32,000 bases of DNA, from assembly GCF_000195955.2 (NCBI RefSeq), contig NC_000962.3:1530001-1562000 (forward strand), in the 5' to 3' direction. Each line of letters opens with the position of its first letter. Position 1 is the stretch's first letter. The position numbers were made by a program, and so were the translations under genes. This document shows positions 1 to 11,993 of this stretch, piece by piece. The notes beneath the pieces are model-generated. The model made no database searches. It had not been told where the DNA came from and saw only the letters and a list, made by a program, of their open reading frames with translations. Origin of the DNA: Mycobacterium tuberculosis H37Rv (GTDB lineage: Bacteria; Actinomycetota; Actinomycetes; Mycobacteriales; Mycobacteriaceae).

Positions 1-1
1 C

Positions 2-91
2 GTGCAAACACACCTCACCCACATCTACACCAAGCTCGACGTCACCTCCCGTGTCCAACTTGTACAGGAGGCCGCGCAACACTCGACCTAG
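2..91 (+). CDS. C-terminal end of a LuxR-family HTH transcriptional regulator (truncated by window start; Rv1358-like)
   Basis: Frame 2: VQTHLTHIYTKLDVTSRVQLVQEAAQHST*, the classic second half of a LuxR/GerE HTH (VKTHLTHIYTKL..SR..LV..A). Confidence 0.75.
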   Translation: MQTHLTHIYTKLDVTSRVQLVQEAAQHST

Positions 92-172
92 GATTGCGCG
101 GCCAGCGCAGGCCCGGAGTTCGAATCGGATGCAATACGCAACCAATCTGGGCTCTTCTGCGCGTTGTCGCTG

Positions 173-925
173 ATGTTCATGGCTCTTCGCGCCCCCATGC
201 TTGAGCGCATGAACGGTTTGCATACAGATGACGCGCCGGTCAATTGGCTCGAGCGGCGAGGTGGCCGGCTTACGTCGAGGCGGAGGGTGACGTTGCTCCA
301 TGCTGGAGTGGAACACCCGATGCGGCTGTGGGGCGTCCAATCCGAGGCGATAACTGCCGCGATGGTGCTTAGCCGGAAGGTATCGGCCATCATTGCCGGA
401 CACTGCGGTGTGCGCCTAGTTGATCAGGGCGTGGGCGATGGCTTCGTCGCCGCGTTCGCCCATGCCAGCGATGCCGTCGCATGTGCTCTGGAGTTGCACC
501 AGGCTCCGTTGTCCCCGATCGTCCTGCGCATCGGGATTCACACCGGTGAGGCGCAGTTGGTCGACGAGCGCATCTACGCCGGCGCCACAATGAACCTGGC
601 TGCAGAGCTACGGGATTTAGCCCATGGTGGGCAGACCGTGATGTCGGGTGCTACCGAGGATGCGGTACTCGGCCGGCTTCCCATGCGCGCTTGGCTAATT
701 GGCTTGAGGCCCATGGAAGGGTCCCCGGAAGGGCATAACTTCCCCCAGTCACAACGCATAGCACAATTGTGCCATCCGAACCTTCGCAACACCTTTCCGC
801 CGCTGCGCATGCGCATCGCCGATGCGAGCGGAATTCCTTATGTGGGGCGGATTCTGGTTAACGTTCAGGTAGTTCCCCACTGGGAAGGAGGGTGTGCCGC
901 AGCGGGGATGGTCCTTGCTGGGTGA
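173..925 (+). CDS. Adenylate/guanylate cyclase-like (CHD fold) protein, probably degenerate at the N-terminus
   Basis: ORF 164..925 with internal ATG at 173. Contains [23 protein letters not shown]...[41 protein letters not shown], typical of class III cyclase C-terminal half; the N-terminal metal-binding FxDxxGFT motif is not visible. Confidence 0.7.
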
Positions 926-972
926 AGCGCCATTGAGGGCCAGACGATAGGTTGGCCAGCGACGTCCTCAAC

Positions 973-1128
973 TCAGACTCTCGGCGCGACCTGACCGGCG
1001 GTTACGATCATCTGCTCGGACATTCGCAAGAGAGCGTGCTCGCCCACTCCCTGCGGCAAGGTGTAGGCCAGCTCGCGCAACTTAACCGCGCACTCGTAGA
1101 GCGTCTGGCGGAAATGCGTTTCGGTCAT
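973..1128 (-). CDS. Candidate small protein, 51 aa (MTETHFRQTLYECAVKLRELAYTLPQGVGEHALLRMSEQMIVTAGQVAPRV)
   Basis: ATG preceded by GAAGG about 8 nt upstream on the minus strand; non-repetitive, protein-like composition in an otherwise empty gap. No homology evidence available. Confidence 0.35.
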   Translation of the reverse strand: MTETHFRQTLYECAVKLRELAYTLPQGVGEHALLRMSEQMIVTAGQVAPRV

Positions 1129-1347
1129 CGGGGTGCCTTCGCTCGTCGGCGAGATCGGCAGCGGTGTCTTGTGCTCATACAGATCAATCTCATTCATCAG
1201 AGCCATCATTCGCCGGCTAGCAGCTGCAAATCATCAGCACATCCACGTATGTCGTCGGCTGCCCAGCGCGCAATGTGTGGCACGGCGAGTTGATGTTCAA
1301 CCTCGGCGTGTCCTGCATACTGGATTTCTTACTGTAAAGTCACCCAA

Positions 1348-2370
1348 ATGGGTGGTGCCCGCCGGCTCAAGCTCGACGGGAGCATCCCCAACCAGCTCGC
1401 CCGGGCGGCCGACGCGGCCGTCGCACTTGAGCGCAATGGTTTCGATGGGGGCTGGACAGCTGAAGCCAGCCATGATCCCTTTCTCCCGCTGCTACTGGCT
1501 GCCGAGCACACGTCGCGACTTGAGCTTGGCACCAACATCGCGGTAGCGTTCGCGCGCAATCCGATGATTGTCGCCAACGTGGGCTGGGACCTACAGACGT
1601 ACTCGAAGGGAAGATTGATCCTCGGTCTGGGAACCCAGATCCGGCCGCACATCGAGAAACGATTCAGCATGCCCTGGGGTCATCCGGCACGTCGGATGCG
1701 TGAATTCGTCGCCGCGCTGCGTGCGATCTGGTTGGCTTGGCAGGACGGGACCAAGCTTTGCTTCGAGGGTGAGTTCTACACCCACAAGATCATGACCCCG
1801 ATGTTCACACCCGAGCCGCAGCCCTATCCCGTTCCGAGAGTCTTCATCGCCGCTGTCGGTGAAGCGATGACCGAAATGTGCGGCGAAGTCGCCGACGGCC
1901 ACCTCGGTCACCCTATGGTCTCGAAACGGTACCTCACCGAGGTGTCGGTGCCGGCGCTGCTACGTGGCCTGGCGCGATCGGGTCGCGATCGCAGTGCCTT
2001 CGAGGTGTCGTGCGAGGTGATGGTGGCCACTGGCGCGGACGACGCCGAACTGGCGGCCGCCTGCACTGCCACGCGCAAGCAAATCGCCTTCTACGGATCC
2101 ACGCCGGCTTACCGCAAAGTCCTCGAGCAGCATGGCTGGGGCGATCTGCACCCGGAGCTGCACCGCCTCTCCAAGCTGGGTGAGTGGGAGGCCATGGGTG
2201 GGCTAATCGACGACGAGATGCTCGGTGCTTTCGCGGTGGTCGGTCCGGTGGACACGATCGCCGGTGCCCTTCGCAATCGTTGTGAGGGCGTCGTCGACCG
2301 CGTCTTGCCGATTTTCATGGCCGCATCTCAGGAGTGTATTAACGCCGCACTGCAGGACTTTCGCCGTTGA
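1348..2370 (+). CDS. LLM-class F420-dependent oxidoreductase (Rv1360-like)
   Basis: 340-aa ORF; luciferase-like motifs (SHDPFLPLLLAAEHTSRLELGTNIAVAFARNPMIVANVGWDLQTYSKGRLILGLGTQ). Confidence 0.9.
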   Translation: MGGARRLKLDGSIPNQLARAADAAVALERNGFDGGWTAEASHDPFLPLLLAAEHTSRLELGTNIAVAFARNPMIVANVGWDLQTYSKGRLILGLGTQIRPHIEKRFSMPWGHPARRMREFVAALRAIWLAWQDGTKLCFEGEFYTHKIMTPMFTPEPQPYPVPRVFIAAVGEAMTEMCGEVADGHLGHPMVSKRYLTEVSVPALLRGLARSGRDRSAFEVSCEVMVATGADDAELAAACTATRKQIAFYGSTPAYRKVLEQHGWGDLHPELHRLSKLGEWEAMGGLIDDEMLGAFAVVGPVDTIAGALRNRCEGVVDRVLPIFMAASQECINAALQDFRR

Positions 2371-2442
2371 GCGCGCCATCGGTGGATGAGGCCACCAAGA
2401 TCGCTGCCCGCATAGAGGGCCCGCATTGCGTGCGGATCGGCG

Positions 2443-3633
2443 TTACCCGGCGGCGGGCACACGGGGCATTACGTACGCCCGCGGCGGCATCCGCAACGCA
2501 TTGCTAACCCCGCCGAACCCGCCGCCGCTATTGGTCAGTTGCCCCAGCGGTAGCCCGCCCAGCATGTGTCCGGGGGCGGTTTGGGCGGCGCTGGTCAGGC
2601 TGGTCAGCGGCAGCGCCCGCGCCGCCGGGGTGACCGCCTGGTTGGCCGCGGCCCAGGCCTGCGGCACCGACAACGAACCGACCGAGGCCGCCCGACCCAA
2701 GTTGGCGGCCACCCCAGCGCCCAGACCCGAAGAACCCAGCGACGAACCCAGCTGGCTGCCCAGCGAGCTCATCGCCTGGACCCCGTTTTGCGCCGCGGTT
2801 TCCACGGCCTGAGCCGCCGCCGGAGCAAAGCCCTTCAACATCGAGTGCAAGGTGCTGGCCATCGACACACCCGAGTTGGTCATCGACACGTGGTTGTTGA
2901 GCATCGACACGATGTTGCTGAGCGGCGACAGATGCGGCGAGATGGCTTTCCAGAGTTCACTCAGTTGGTCGAACGGCCAGATGCTTTTCGTGGGCTGGGC
3001 CAGTTGTTGCAGCGCTTGGGGCACATTGTTCATCAACTGGTTCGCCGCGGCGGTGTCGATGGCCTCCTCGACCGCGACGGCCTGCTCAAGGAGCCCGCCG
3101 GGGTTGGTGATCAGTGGGGCGTCCTCGAACGGCAGCAACGCCTCGGTCGCCGTCGCCGCCGTGGCGGCGTAGCCAAACATCGCGGCGGCGTCTTGGGCCC
3201 ACATCTCCCCGTATTCGGCCTCGTTGACCGCGATCGCCGGGGTGTTTTGCCCCAAGAGGTTGGTCGCTATCAGAATCATCAGTTCAGCACGGTTCTCGGC
3301 GATCACCGGCGGGGGCACCGTCAGCCCATACGCCGTCTCGTAGGCCGCCGCAGCAACCCGGACCTGGGCGGCGGTCAGCTCGGCCTGCCCCGCGGTGACG
3401 CTCATCCACGCCACATACGGCGAGGCCGCCGCCACCATCAGACCCGCCGACGAACCTATCCACGATCCCGTCGTCAGACCCCAGACCACCGACTGAAACG
3501 CCGACGCGGCCGAAAACAGGTCACTCGCCACGCTGTCCCACATCTTCGCGGCGGCCACCAGCGAGGCCGAACCCGGGCCGGCGTACATCCTCGCGGAGTT
3601 GATCTCCGGTGGTAACGCCCCGAAGTCCACCAC
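2443..3633 (-). CDS. PPE19: PPE family protein PPE19 (PPE-SVP type)
   Basis: MVDFGALPPEINSARMYAGPGSASLVAAAKMWDSVASDL N-terminus; WxxxSxxxxxA; SVPxxW-like GRAASVGSLSVPQAWAAA; 396 aa. Confidence 0.92.
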   Translation of the reverse strand: MVDFGALPPEINSARMYAGPGSASLVAAAKMWDSVASDLFSAASAFQSVVWGLTTGSWIGSSAGLMVAAASPYVAWMSVTAGQAELTAAQVRVAAAAYETAYGLTVPPPVIAENRAELMILIATNLLGQNTPAIAVNEAEYGEMWAQDAAAMFGYAATAATATEALLPFEDAPLITNPGGLLEQAVAVEEAIDTAAANQLMNNVPQALQQLAQPTKSIWPFDQLSELWKAISPHLSPLSNIVSMLNNHVSMTNSGVSMASTLHSMLKGFAPAAAQAVETAAQNGVQAMSSLGSQLGSSLGSSGLGAGVAANLGRAASVGSLSVPQAWAAANQAVTPAARALPLTSLTSAAQTAPGHMLGGLPLGQLTNSGGGFGGVSNALRMPPRAYVMPRVPAAG

Positions 3634-3947
3634 TTCGATAATCCTTCCGCTCGGCCATAACTAGCACCAATGATGGACAGCAAACAACGTCGGCAACAGG
3701 TCAAATTCTCTCAAGTAGTCACAACCCCAGATGCAAAGTGCACCAGCCGCCCTGCCGCGAAGCTAAATCCAGCTGAACAATCTGAACATCAGGTAAATAC
3801 AGTGGCAACTAATCTTAAATAACCCGGCCGATTAGACAGCGGCCGAGATCTGTTTGAGGTCGGGCCGTGATTGTCCGGAGAACGGCCGGTATCTCGCACG
3901 AGCAGCCACCCGCGCCCCCGTCAGACTTGGCGACCGCCTACGGCAAC

Positions 3948-4610
3948 CTAAACCGGGGTGAACTTGGTGATCAGCCAATTGCCGTCGACCTTGGCTAGGG
4001 TCACCATCACGCTGCTGGCCGCCATCGACGGATTGGGGCTGTCCTTACTGGTAGTGCTCTGGTCGACAAAAACCAGAACGACGGCCGAATCCGGATGTAG
4101 CTCCGACACGGCCGCGCGCACCACCTTGGCGGTGGTTTTCAGTGACTTCTGTTTGGCCGCCGGAGCCACGATCTGCTGCGTGAACTGGTCGTAGTAGGAC
4201 AGGAAATCGCCGGCGAGGTGCGACCTGGCGGTAGCGAAGTCTTGGTCGAGCGTGTCGGGTGAATACGACAACAGCGCGATTGTCCCGTCAGACGCCGCGG
4301 CGACGGCAGCACGGGCGGCGCCGGAGTCCGTCTGCTGATCGGGTCGGTATTGCTCAAGGTATAGCCATCCCGTCGCGCCCCCAGAGATCAACATGAGCAG
4401 GATGAGAATCACCGGAACGGGTTTCAAGGTAACCTGCATTCGCCACAGGTCACGGTGCCGCTGACCCTTCTGCGCGGTAGATTCCGTTGCAGAGTCGGTG
4501 TCAAATGCCTCGGTCGCCGAATCACCGGCTTCGCCTGCGGCTGAGTCGATCTCAGCGACTTCGGTGGCGTCAGTGGTTTCGGTGTTGACGTCGCGTACGT
4601 CATCGGTCAC
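3948..4610 (-). CDS. Mce-associated-type membrane protein (Rv1362c-like)
   Basis: 220 aa with acidic N-terminus, single TM ([21 protein letters not shown]), and C-terminal domain typical of Mas proteins. Confidence 0.8.
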
Positions 4611-5392
4611 GGTACGAACTCAACTTTCGACATCTTGTACTGTCCCCCCTCTTCGGTCACGGTCACTTTGAGCCGCCACGCACGTGGTTCGTCTTTCGCC
4701 CCAGCGGAATTGGTGACCCGTGAAGTCGCCGCGACGAGCACCACGGCGGAATGCTCGTTCATGGATTCGACGGCTGTCGCGTTCACCGTGCCTTCGGTGA
4801 CCACTTTGGACTGTTCGACAACCTTGGTGAAATCGGCTGCCCGCTGCTGGAAGTCATCCCTGAATTCGCCGGTGGAGCTGTCGATCACACGCGCGACGTC
4901 TTCTTTGGCCTTGTTGAAGTCCAGCGAGGTCATGTTGATGACACCTTGCTTGGCTCCGGCGGCGAACGCCGCGGCGCGCTGCTGGCGTTCGGTGGCCTCA
5001 TGGTGTTGCCACACAATGTATCCGCTGAGCCCGGTGAAGCCGCAGATGATGACGACTGCGGCCGCCATGGCAATCGTGGACAGTCTTGGTAACCGCACCC
5101 GCAACCGCCGTCGCCAGGATGCCGACCGTGCGGCCTCCTGGTCTGCGGCCTCATAGTCGTCATAGTCGTCATAGTCTTCGGCGTCTTCCCAGTCTGCATA
5201 CTCCTCGGGGACGTTCTCGTCCTCGGCTGGGGCCATCGCCAGCGCCTCACGCTTCAACCGGGCGGCACGGGCACGGGCCCGCGCCGCGGCGGCCAGCGCT
5301 TCGGCTTCGGCGGCTTCGGCTTCGGCGGCCAACGCCATCGCGTCGGCTTGCGATGTCCCCGCGTCCGACGGTGGTTCGGTTGTCTCAGCCAT
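4607..5392 (-). CDS. Mce-associated-type membrane protein (Rv1363c-like)
   Basis: 261 aa; acidic/alanine-rich N-terminus, TM ([22 protein letters not shown]), overlaps the downstream paralogue by 4 nt. Confidence 0.8.
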
Positions 5393-5682
5393 CGTGGATA
5401 CAGCCCGTCAGTATCATTCTCGACTGAACTCCGGTATCGCTCACAGTATTGCCCATTGCTAACATTCGAGGCCCCAGCGAACTCCTACGAGGACCGATCA
5501 GGCAGACGATCACCCACCTGAGTTTTCCCCGGCAGCATGACTGGTGTTGACTCTCTCGAAAACATACTCTTTACTTCGACCCTCCAAGCGTTTCTCCAAA
5601 AGATTCCCGGTTGTGCCATGTCGTGTCGTGAACGCGTGCAGGCGATGGTCGACGGAACGCCCGTGCAGGCTCGTTGAGCCGC

Positions 5683-7734
<2,052 letters not shown>

Positions 7735-7782
7735 CTACCAGCTTGCCGGAAAAGCAAAAGTGCGTTTGGGGCAGGCCGCCAC

Positions 7783-8169
7783 TTATGTCGCTGACAGCGC
7801 GGACTCCGTGGTCGGGTGTACGGGCAGCACGTCGCCGTATCCGCAGGCGTGGATGATGCGCGCGACAGCACGGTCGCGGCTTACCAGGCGCACGTCCACG
7901 CCCCGGCGTCGACACCGTTCGGCCTCGTGAGCAAGGACGGCGACTGCGCAGCAGCCCATGAAATCGAGGCCGTTGAGGTTGACCACGAGTGGTTCCGGCG
8001 CGGTGGTGGCCGCGGCCGCCTTCGTGACCAGATCTTGCCAAGTGTGCTCATTGGCGGCGTCGATCTCGCCACGCGCATGGATAATCACAGCCGAGTCGTG
8101 GTGCTGGATGGTCGCCTTGAGCGCGTTGCTCACCGGAGTAGTGAATGACCCTGCCTGAGTCGGGTTCAT
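7783..8169 (-). CDS. rsfA: Anti-anti-sigma factor, STAS domain (RsfA)
   Basis: 128 aa, SAVIIHARGEIDAANEHTWQDLV...LVVNLNGLDFMGCCAVAVLAHEAERC; C-terminal Cys-containing motif. Confidence 0.88.
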   Translation of the reverse strand: MNPTQAGSFTTPVSNALKATIQHHDSAVIIHARGEIDAANEHTWQDLVTKAAAATTAPEPLVVNLNGLDFMGCCAVAVLAHEAERCRRRGVDVRLVSRDRAVARIIHACGYGDVLPVHPTTESALSAT

Positions 8170-8389
8170 GGTGCACTCCTCATCGGCGGCACCCGAGCCC
8201 CCAATTGGATTGCCGGTCCTGCGCGCCGCGGAAAACCGTCGTCTTTGTATAGCAAGGCCGGCCCGCTCCGTCTATAGCGCCGAAGCCGGCGGCCAATGAG
8301 CTTCTCGGCGTCCTCGGAGCCGACCCCATTCTCCGCGCGGGTGGCCCCGCAGATGCGATCCAGCAACCCCGCCGACTCGCTCCGGACAG

Positions 8390-9211
8390 GTGGTGGTAGC
8401 CCTCGTAGGCTCAGCAATCGTGGACTTGCATTCACGACCACCGTGGTCGAACAACGCGGTGCGTCGTCTTGGCGTGGCACTGCGCGACGGAGTTGACCCG
8501 CCGGTCGACTGCCCGTCGTACGCCGAGGTGATGCTGTGGCATGCGGACTTGGCCGCCGAAGTCCAGGACCGGATCGAGGGCCGGAGTTGGTCTGCGTCGG
8601 AGTTATTGGTTACCTCACGTGCGAAGAGCCAAGACACCCTGCTAGCAAAGCTGCGGCGTCGGCCTTACCTGCAACTGAACACCATCCAAGACATCGCAGG
8701 TGTCCGCATCGATGCCGACCTCCTGCTGGGCGAGCAGACGAGACTTGCTCGCGAGATCGCCGACCACTTCGGTGCTGACCAGCCCGCTATTCATGATCTG
8801 CGTGACCACCCGCACGCCGGCTACCGGGCCGTTCATGTCTGGCTTCGGTTACCTGCCGGTCGTGTCGAGATACAGATTCGCACCATTTTGCAGAGCCTGT
8901 GGGCCAACTTCTACGAGCTTCTCGCTGACGCGTACGGTCGGGGCATCCGCTATGACGAGCGGCCGGAGCAGCTAGCGGCCGGCGTTGTCCCGGCACAGCT
9001 TCAAGAGCTGGTAGGGGTTATGCAAGACGCTTCAGCGGATCTGGCGATGCATGAAGCCGAGTGGCAACACTGTGCAGAGATCGAATACCCCGGCCAGCGG
9101 GCGATGGCGCTTGGCGAGGCGAGCAAGAACAAGGCGACGGTGCTCGCAACGACCAAGTTTAGGCTGGAAAGGGCCATCAATGAGGCCGAGTCGGCAGGGG
9201 GAGGTGGGTGA
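8390..9211 (+). CDS. RelA/SpoT-fold nucleotidyltransferase (small alarmone-synthetase-like; Rv1366-like)
   Basis: 273 aa; SRAKSQDTLLAKLRR, DIAGVRI, HAGYRAVHVWLRL, RVEIQIRTILQSLWANFYE match synthetase motifs. Confidence 0.87.
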   Translation: MVVALVGSAIVDLHSRPPWSNNAVRRLGVALRDGVDPPVDCPSYAEVMLWHADLAAEVQDRIEGRSWSASELLVTSRAKSQDTLLAKLRRRPYLQLNTIQDIAGVRIDADLLLGEQTRLAREIADHFGADQPAIHDLRDHPHAGYRAVHVWLRLPAGRVEIQIRTILQSLWANFYELLADAYGRGIRYDERPEQLAAGVVPAQLQELVGVMQDASADLAMHEAEWQHCAEIEYPGQRAMALGEASKNKATVLATTKFRLERAINEAESAGGGG

Positions 9212-9440
9212 GGTGGCTGGCTATGTCGTCGAATACAACCGGCGCACCCACGTGCGTCGCATCACCGAGTTCGCCACCCCGCAAGAAGCGATGGAGCACC
9301 GGTTGAAGCTGGAAGCCGAGCGCACCGACAGCAATATCGAGATCGTTGCGCTCGTCAGTAAGTCGTTGGGAACCCTGAAGCAAACGCATTCGCGGTACTT
9401 CACTGGTGAAGAGCTGAACGTCGGAAACGGCGCGCGGTAG
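9204..9440 (+). CDS. Small protein overlapping the RelA/SpoT gene (78 aa if starting at GTG 9204; alternative GTG 9213)
   Basis: Part of ORF 9051..9440; GTG at 9204 overlaps TGA (9209-9211) of the upstream gene. MGEVAGYVVEYNRRTHVRRITEFATPQEAMEHRLKLEAERTDSNIEIVALVSKSLGTLKQTHSRYFTGEELNVGNGAR, well-formed soluble protein. Confidence 0.8.
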   Translation: MGEVAGYVVEYNRRTHVRRITEFATPQEAMEHRLKLEAERTDSNIEIVALVSKSLGTLKQTHSRYFTGEELNVGNGAR

Positions 9441-9511
9441 GCCCTTGGGTTTCCGCGAGTGTGCCGGGTCCGGTCGACATGGGGAGGTTCGGTCAACATG
9501 TCTACCCGGCA

Positions 9512-10717
9512 CTAGAGCCCGAGCGCCCGATAGGTGCGGCGGACGAATTTTGGTTGCGCGGTCCGCAGTTTCGCCAGGGATGGGTTACCCGCGACGGCCG
9601 CGGCAGCGTCCACGGACAGATCGGGACAATGCTGGATCAGATACAGCAGTATCAGGTCGGCGCTCGGGTCGGCCTGCCACCATGTCCCGTACGCGCCGGG
9701 CCAGCTGAAGGTCCCGAGCCCGCCCGGCCCGAACAGCGGCCTGGACTTCGCCGGATCGGTCACCACCGATAGGTTCAGCCCGAAGCCGCGGCCCACCCAG
9801 AACGGCGCCCCCAGAAAGCTGTGCCGTTTCTGCTCGTCGGTCAGCCGGTCGGTGCGCATCAGGCGCACCGATTCAGGTGACAACACCCGGACCCCGTCGA
9901 CCGTCCCGTCGCCCAACAGCATCCGCACGAACCGCAGGTAGTCATCGGCGGTCGACCACAACCCGCCGCCGGCGTTACAGAACGACGGCGGCGTGACGTG
10001 TGGCGGCCCCATCACGTCGTGCCGCAACCGGTCTTGTTCGTCGAGCCGGTACATGGTCGCGGCCCGTCGCTGCGCGTCGGCCGACACGTAGAAGCCGGTG
10101 TCGGTCATTCCTGCCGGACCCAGCACTCGCTCGTCGATGATCTGGTACAGCGGTGCGTCCTCGATGCGGGAGACAATGACACCCAAGACGTCGATGGCGT
10201 GGCTGTAGGTCACCCGGTCGCCAGGTTGGTGCACGAGCGGAAGGGTTGCCAGCGCTGCCAGCCAAACGTCGGGACCCTGGCCGAACGGCAGTCGCTGATA
10301 GGCCCGCGAAATTGGCCCCGACACCGAGAAACCGTAAGCCAGGCCGCTGGTGTGAGTGAGCAGGTCCTCGATCAAAATGGCTCGTCGCGCGGGATGTGTG
10401 CGATCCAGCGGGCCGGCGGCATCGTCCAGCACGGCCACCTTGCAGAGCTCCGGTGCCCAACGCGTGATCGGGTCACGCAGTGCCAGTTTGCCCTCGTCGA
10501 CCAGGCTCATCGCCGCCGCCACCGTGACCGGCTTGGTCATCGACGCGATGCGAAACAGCGTGTCGCGTTGCATGGGCACGCCCGCGTCGATATCGCGATA
10601 GCCGATCTCGTTGACTTGCAACAATTTTTCGCGCTGCCAGACCATGGTTACCGCGCCGGAAAGCAGGCCCGCGTCGCATACCTCGCGGATGGACGCCTGA
10701 TTGCCGTCGAGATTCAC
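9512..10717 (-). CDS. Serine beta-lactamase-like / penicillin-binding protein family (Rv1367c-like)
   Basis: MTLFRIASMTKPVTVAAAMSLVDEGKLALRDPITRW (SxxK), YSHAIDVLG (YxN-like), C-terminal GPGGLGTFSWPGAYGTWWQADP. An internal start at residue 25 would give 377 aa. Confidence 0.87.
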   Translation of the reverse strand: MNLDGNQASIREVCDAGLLSGAVTMVWQREKLLQVNEIGYRDIDAGVPMQRDTLFRIASMTKPVTVAAAMSLVDEGKLALRDPITRWAPELCKVAVLDDAAGPLDRTHPARRAILIEDLLTHTSGLAYGFSVSGPISRAYQRLPFGQGPDVWLAALATLPLVHQPGDRVTYSHAIDVLGVIVSRIEDAPLYQIIDERVLGPAGMTDTGFYVSADAQRRAATMYRLDEQDRLRHDVMGPPHVTPPSFCNAGGGLWSTADDYLRFVRMLLGDGTVDGVRVLSPESVRLMRTDRLTDEQKRHSFLGAPFWVGRGFGLNLSVVTDPAKSRPLFGPGGLGTFSWPGAYGTWWQADPSADLILLYLIQHCPDLSVDAAAAVAGNPSLAKLRTAQPKFVRRTYRALGL

Positions 10718-11019
10718 CCGGTTCAGGATACTGTCCGAGCCAGCGCGGCTCGGCGGATTACTGATTGTGCGAACGTTTTCCCGCGCACCGGTCGCGTGTT
10801 ACTGTCGCGCTCTCCGGCGAATGTGATCTGGGGAACATGCTGTGAGCGCGGCGGCATGCTAGTGACGATGGTGTCGCTGCTGGTGAACCAGGGTGTGGGT
10901 AGGCAGTCACCGAGACCCGCAACCATGGACGGGGCTGGATTCGAGGCTCCGTGCATGCCGTACGACTAGGGGTAGCGCCCAGCTGCTCAATACCATCGGT
11001 TGGATAACAAAGGCTGAAC

Positions 11020-11805
11020 ATGAATGGCTTGATCTCACAAGCGTGCGGCTCCCACCGACCCCGGCGCCCCTCGAGCCTGGGGGCTGTCGCGATCCTGATC
11101 GCGGCGACACTTTTCGCGACTGTCGTTGCGGGGTGCGGGAAAAAACCGACCACGGCGAGCTCCCCGAGTCCCGGGTCGCCGTCGCCGGAAGCCCAGCAGA
11201 TCCTGCAAGACAGTTCCAAGGCGACGAAGGGCCTGCATTCCGTCCACGTGGTGGTGACGGTAAACAATCTCTCGACCCTCCCGTTTGAGAGCGTCGATGC
11301 CGACGTGACCAACCAACCGCAGGGCAATGGCCAGGCGGTGGGCAACGCCAAGGTCAGAATGAAGCCCAACACCCCGGTGGTGGCCACCGAGTTCCTGGTC
11401 ACGAACAAGACCATGTACACGAAGCGGGGCGGCGACTATGTCTCGGTGGGTCCGGCGGAGAAGATCTATGACCCGGGCATCATCCTGGACAAGGACCGGG
11501 GGCTGGGCGCGGTCGTCGGGCAAGTGCAAAACCCGACAATCCAGGGACGTGACGCCATCGACGGCCTGGCCACCGTCAAGGTGTCCGGGACCATCGACGC
11601 CGCGGTGATCGATCCGATCGTGCCTCAGCTAGGTAAGGGTGGGGGCAGGCTCCCGATAACCTTGTGGATCGTCGACACCAACGCCTCAACGCCGGCACCC
11701 GCCGCGAACCTGGTGCGGATGGTCATTGACAAGGACCAAGGCAACGTCGACATCACGCTGTCCAATTGGGGTGCGCCGGTCACCATCCCGAACCCGGCGG
11801 GATAA
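11020..11805 (+). CDS. lprF: Lipoprotein LprF (LppX/LprAFG family)
   Basis: 261 aa; lipobox VVAGC after signal peptide; family sequence (ILQDSSKATKGLHSVHVVVTVNNL...). Confidence 0.92.
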   Translation: MNGLISQACGSHRPRRPSSLGAVAILIAATLFATVVAGCGKKPTTASSPSPGSPSPEAQQILQDSSKATKGLHSVHVVVTVNNLSTLPFESVDADVTNQPQGNGQAVGNAKVRMKPNTPVVATEFLVTNKTMYTKRGGDYVSVGPAEKIYDPGIILDKDRGLGAVVGQVQNPTIQGRDAIDGLATVKVSGTIDAAVIDPIVPQLGKGGGRLPITLWIVDTNASTPAPAANLVRMVIDKDQGNVDITLSNWGAPVTIPNPAG

Positions 11806-11993
11806 CAGGCGCGAACCGGCCCGGTCCAGCCCCATCGCTGGTCGATGGCCTGGCCGGTCCGGTACTCGTCCGCGGGCGGAGGCCGCCTTCGAAGAAATCC
11901 TTTGAGAATTCGCCAAGGCCGTCGACCCAGCATGGGGTCAGCTCGCCAGCCTGAACCGCCCCGGTGAGTCCGGAGACTCTCTGATCTGAGACC

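Noticed and set aside
2566-3615. 349-aa + strand ORF opposite PPE19
   Set aside because: Arg/Gly/His-rich antisense shadow of the PPE gene.
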